A DNA stretch of 64,000 nucleotides, taken from positions 1 to 64,000 of IMG/VR virus record IMGVR_UViG_3300040801_001224. One strand, 5' to 3'. Below, one piece after another: positions 60,800 through 64,000 of the stretch; the stretch's first letter is position 1; the number at the start of each line of letters is the position of its first letter. Made by a program: the position numbers and the translations under genes. The notes under the pieces are model-generated. The model was not told the origin of the DNA, did no database searches, and worked only from the letters and a program-made list of their open reading frames with translations.

Positions 60800-62420
60800 C
60801 TGGACAAGGTTCCCTAGTAATCCATCTCTTTAGAAGTGTTGTAATATCTGACTCACGAACTTTGCCTACGATCTTTTCAATAGCACTTTTAATATTATTA
60901 TTTTTGCCGTCATATTCTAATCCTAAGTCTTGATGCTCAATATTCTTTTTAGTTTCTAATGGTTCTTTTGTGACTTCCTGTGCTGTACCCGCACCAGGTC
61001 CTGAGGCTGAAGTTGTTGAGCCACCTTGTCCAAATGGAGCTGTGTTGCCAGGACCACTTTGAATGCCACCGTGAGTGTGATTGAATAGGGCATTGAGTGA
61101 CTGTTGTGACGAAACTACGTCTCCACCAGCACTTAAGGCGCCGCCTGATCTGAAGGTGCCTGAAACTTGGGTGTTACCTCCCGACTCTACATTCAGGTTA
61201 CCACTTGTCATTGCGATTGTTGATGCTTCTAATTGATAAGCACCTGATGCCTTGATATCAGTAGTGCCACCAGAATTAAATGTAATATTCCCAGTCAATA
61301 TGTTGACATCAAGGTTTCCAGTTTCATTTGTAATCCAAGTGTTATTCTTAACTCTGGCCAATAAGTCATTACGTGCCTCAATATAAATGTCACCGCCTGT
61401 GCCAGCTTCTTCACCCTTTGGATGCTTGCCTGTTTCACCATAATCCTTAGCGGCTTTCATATAAATGTTTTGGCCTGCTTCCATCGTAATGTTTCGGTCT
61501 GCTCTAATATTAAAATCTTCTTCAGATCGCATTGTGATTGATTTAGAACTAAATACGTCAACGTTGCCTTCAGCGTCCATTTCAAACCATGCTGTGCCAT
61601 CTCTATTCACCATGTAAACTAATCCATTAGATTCGTCTAATATAAGTTGACTACCTGAACGTGTGCGTAAACGTATTTTCTCTTCACCGTCTTGATCATC
61701 CATGATGAATGATGAGCCACCTTTACGTTTTGCGTTGTCCTTGCCTTCTTCGCCTTCAACCACAGGCCCAGGAGTAGATATGCCATAGACATTACTTGGT
61801 GCTCCACGCCTTGCGCTTGCGGTTGTGGTGCCACGGATTGGGTCTTCAACTAATCCTTGGCGTACTAGGCCGTCAGCTACATACTTTGAGTAAGGGCGTA
61901 AACGATCTAAATCCTGCCCATCCTGTACTGCGGCGTGTGGTGGGTTGTCGTCCAATGTTCTATTTGTTTCTGCAACTGGAACCTTTTCAGTTATTTTATC
62001 TGATTTGCCTGCATTTGTGTGTGCTGTTCCAGATGCATTACCCGGTATCATTACATCACTAAATGCTTGTGGATAAGATCCTAACCAAAAACAATTGGTA
62101 ATATCACCATTAATAAAGCCGACAATAACTTTTGTGCCGATATCTGGCGGTACCATCCACATGCCATATGAGGTTTGTGTTGCTTCAAATGTTTCTTTTT
62201 TGTCTAGACCGTATATACTTGTAGCTCCCATAAATGGTGAGCAATATTGCGCCATAACCCAATTACGTGGATTCTTTCTTTCTGCCACTGAGCCACCTGA
62301 AATGTCAGCAATGAAAACTTGTAGACGTCCTGCTCCTTGGCCATCAACGATGTCCATGATTTCTGCTACATACAGTCCATAATATTTCTTTGATGGATCT
62401 TTAGTACGACCGTAACTCAT
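60783..62420 (-). CDS. baseplate central spike (gp5/VgrG-like OB-fold plus beta-helix)
   Basis: GRLQVFI, GMWMVPPDIGTKVIVGF..FWLG; IRLRTRSG; HTHGG apex motif. Confidence 0.88.
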   Translation of the reverse strand: MSYGRTKDPSKKYYGLYVAEIMDIVDGQGAGRLQVFIADISGGSVAERKNPRNWVMAQYCSPFMGATSIYGLDKKETFEATQTSYGMWMVPPDIGTKVIVGFINGDITNCFWLGSYPQAFSDVMIPGNASGTAHTNAGKSDKITEKVPVAETNRTLDDNPPHAAVQDGQDLDRLRPYSKYVADGLVRQGLVEDPIRGTTTASARRGAPSNVYGISTPGPVVEGEEGKDNAKRKGGSSFIMDDQDGEEKIRLRTRSGSQLILDESNGLVYMVNRDGTAWFEMDAEGNVDVFSSKSITMRSEEDFNIRADRNITMEAGQNIYMKAAKDYGETGKHPKGEEAGTGGDIYIEARNDLLARVKNNTWITNETGNLDVNILTGNITFNSGGTTDIKASGAYQLEASTIAMTSGNLNVESGGNTQVSGTFRSGGALSAGGDVVSSQQSLNALFNHTHGGIQSGPGNTAPFGQGGSTTSASGPGAGTAQEVTKEPLETKKNIEHQDLGLEYDGKNNNIKSAIEKIVGKVRESDITTLLKRWITREPCPEKKRD

Positions 62421-64000
62421 TAACTACTCCCCAAGTTTTCTTCAATTTGATCAGGAAATACTCTGACTTCCTTAACACAATTTAATAGCTGTACAAATTT
62501 GCCACCTTGGAATTTACTTGTAAGGGACAATACGTAGTAAAGTCCATTTATAACATTACCTTTAGCATTTTCATTTACATTATAAAGACCCGTGTTTTCG
62601 TCATAAAGACCAGGTGGCAGTAGTCTGAACGCAACCATTGGCGGACTGTCAACAAATTGTATTTCCCTTCCACTTGTATCGTCAGCAGTTGGGCCATTGT
62701 CAGCAAGTCCTTGGAAAGCAAATGGGTTTGATAGTCTTTCTTTTGATTGCCCAGCAAGCTCTAGTCTATTGAAATCAACAGTGTCAGTTGAGAATCCCTT
62801 GCCCAACCAATCTGGATCACCTTTAATGTCCAATTCAATTTTAATTAGGTCACCGCTTTGCATTGATTGTGACAGCAACGAGTTAAAGAATGATCTATCC
62901 CCAGTTGATGTTGATTCTAAGTTATGCATCATACCATCTGGATTTTTTCCTGTTGATGCGAGTATTTCTGTTTCAGTCCCGCCATTTTCTAAACAACTAG
63001 CGATGAGTTTTTCTGTTCTCTTCTTATCCCTTTCCTGTTCGTCAGCAATGTTGATGTTTTCTGCCCCTTGTGCATTTTGGGCATCTTTATTCCTAAGTGT
63101 AGATGTAAATGGAATTAGGAATGCTGTATTAAAGTTTAAATCAAAGTCATTCACTTGATCGTTTCGTCCAGTGAAAATGTAATCATATCTTTTTCTGACT
63201 AGATCTTGTATTTCATCCATCCTTTCTTTTGATGTTTGCTTCGTCACAATGTTCTGGTTGTCGATATATAATTTTGGTGTATCGTGTTTCATAATATAAT
63301 ACACGATTAATTTGCTGTAGTCTCCCGATTCAGTATTTATGTCAACTGGGTCAGATAATTCTCCACTCTCAAGTATTTCAGGTTTTAGTACATTTAAATT
63401 TGATTGCGGTGGAAATCCATTTTCCGGATTTATAGGGACCACTTTAGTGAGTACCTTAAACATTGGCACCTTAGTGACCTTATCACATCCCTTTTTGTCG
63501 TTTATGCGAACTATTTCCCTAACTTCTTCAAATAATCCCGTAACTGACATGACATTGTTTATCACATCAATGACTGGTGTCCCTAATGCCCAAGATAAAG
63601 TCTTCTTACCACCGGCAGAACCGTCACTAAACCTATCGGTATTAGTGGGTGTGTTTGGTTCAATTTTTTTAGTATTGAAGTCTAAATTTTTTAAATTTGG
63701 ATCCACATGTATGTAGTATTTGTTTTTGTAAATCCTCTTGTTAGCGTTTGACTTATTTGTGTTTACGTTAGGATCAGCACCCACGTTCATCAACTTCTCT
63801 AACTCGTTGAACACAGCACCGGCACTGTCAATATCTCCTTCAGGTTGGAAGTCCTGCGGTAGTGTGCCGTGTGAATCCGAGTATCCAAGGTCGTCATAAA
63901 TCAATGCTTCAAAGTCATATGATGCACCACTTGAATTAACATTCAGTGAAACATTTTTAACAATGATTGGATAGATCCATCTGCGATCAAGCCTTGTTGG
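62420..64000 (-). CDS. baseplate hub-like protein, 5' end beyond the window
   Basis: Frame open to 64000; IKGDPDWLG and GLYYVLSLTSKFQGGKFVQ; upstream of the spike gene. Confidence 0.7.
   Translation of the reverse strand, partial: PTRLDRRWIYPIIVKNVSLNVNSSGASYDFEALIYDDLGYSDSHGTLPQDFQPEGDIDSAGAVFNELEKLMNVGADPNVNTNKSNANKRIYKNKYYIHVDPNLKNLDFNTKKIEPNTPTNTDRFSDGSAGGKKTLSWALGTPVIDVINNVMSVTGLFEEVREIVRINDKKGCDKVTKVPMFKVLTKVVPINPENGFPPQSNLNVLKPEILESGELSDPVDINTESGDYSKLIVYYIMKHDTPKLYIDNQNIVTKQTSKERMDEIQDLVRKRYDYIFTGRNDQVNDFDLNFNTAFLIPFTSTLRNKDAQNAQGAENINIADEQERDKKRTEKLIASCLENGGTETEILASTGKNPDGMMHNLESTSTGDRSFFNSLLSQSMQSGDLIKIELDIKGDPDWLGKGFSTDTVDFNRLELAGQSKERLSNPFAFQGLADNGPTADDTSGREIQFVDSPPMVAFRLLPPGLYDENTGLYNVNENAKGNVINGLYYVLSLTSKFQGGKFVQLLNCVKEVRVFPDQIEENLGSS

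Noticed and set aside
46845-63716. Many 60-150 aa plus-strand ORFs over the structural genes, and minus-strand ORFs over the early genes
   Set aside because: Shadow ORFs antisense to well-supported genes, without RBS or promoter.
1-64000. Stop-codon reassignment as a cause of the many short ORFs
   Set aside because: Long genes read normally in code 11, and the short genes have their own SDs and ATGA/TAATG coupling with all three stops in use.
1-64000. tRNA, rRNA, integrase, reverse transcriptase, transposase or intron
   Set aside because: None recognised by eye; tRNAscan-SE and Infernal would be needed to exclude divergent RNAs.

Overview
This window comes from a large, AT-rich lytic myophage (jumbo-phage-like architecture; the host is unknown but uses sigma70-type promoters). 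1-4.8 kb is a tandem array of about 19 small paralogues that share an acidic-then-hydrophobic C-terminal motif. 4.2-5.9 kb is a largely non-coding control region with a candidate sRNA, a five-unit ~35-bp-period repeat array and a reverse promoter. 6.3-23 kb is an early region built from about 20 near-identical promoter/leader cassettes (AGTGG-TTGACA-N17-TATAAT...ACAGTTAGGA-ATG) driving small genes. These include an AAA ATPase, two HExxH proteins, a ribosomal protein bL36 and an ArfA-like peptide; the last two are missing from the ORF track. 23-31 kb holds a membrane-protein family ending in KLES-like tails, a cytidylyltransferase-cupin fusion, a PKD/polysaccharide-lyase lipoprotein and a direct-repeat-flanked insertion with a structured RNA candidate. 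31-64 kb is a minus-strand late module: baseplate hub, spike, gp25/gp6/gp7-like wedge and fibre genes, followed directly by a glycan biosynthesis/modification operon. Four freestanding homing endonucleases are scattered through the window. The best candidate for a new system is translational control. A 3' UTR/small RNA at 9939-10020 exposes TTCCTAACTGT, the exact reverse complement of the conserved early-gene ribosome-binding leader, while many other genes appear leaderless. All protein family calls come from motif recognition by eye; no database search or folding program was run.
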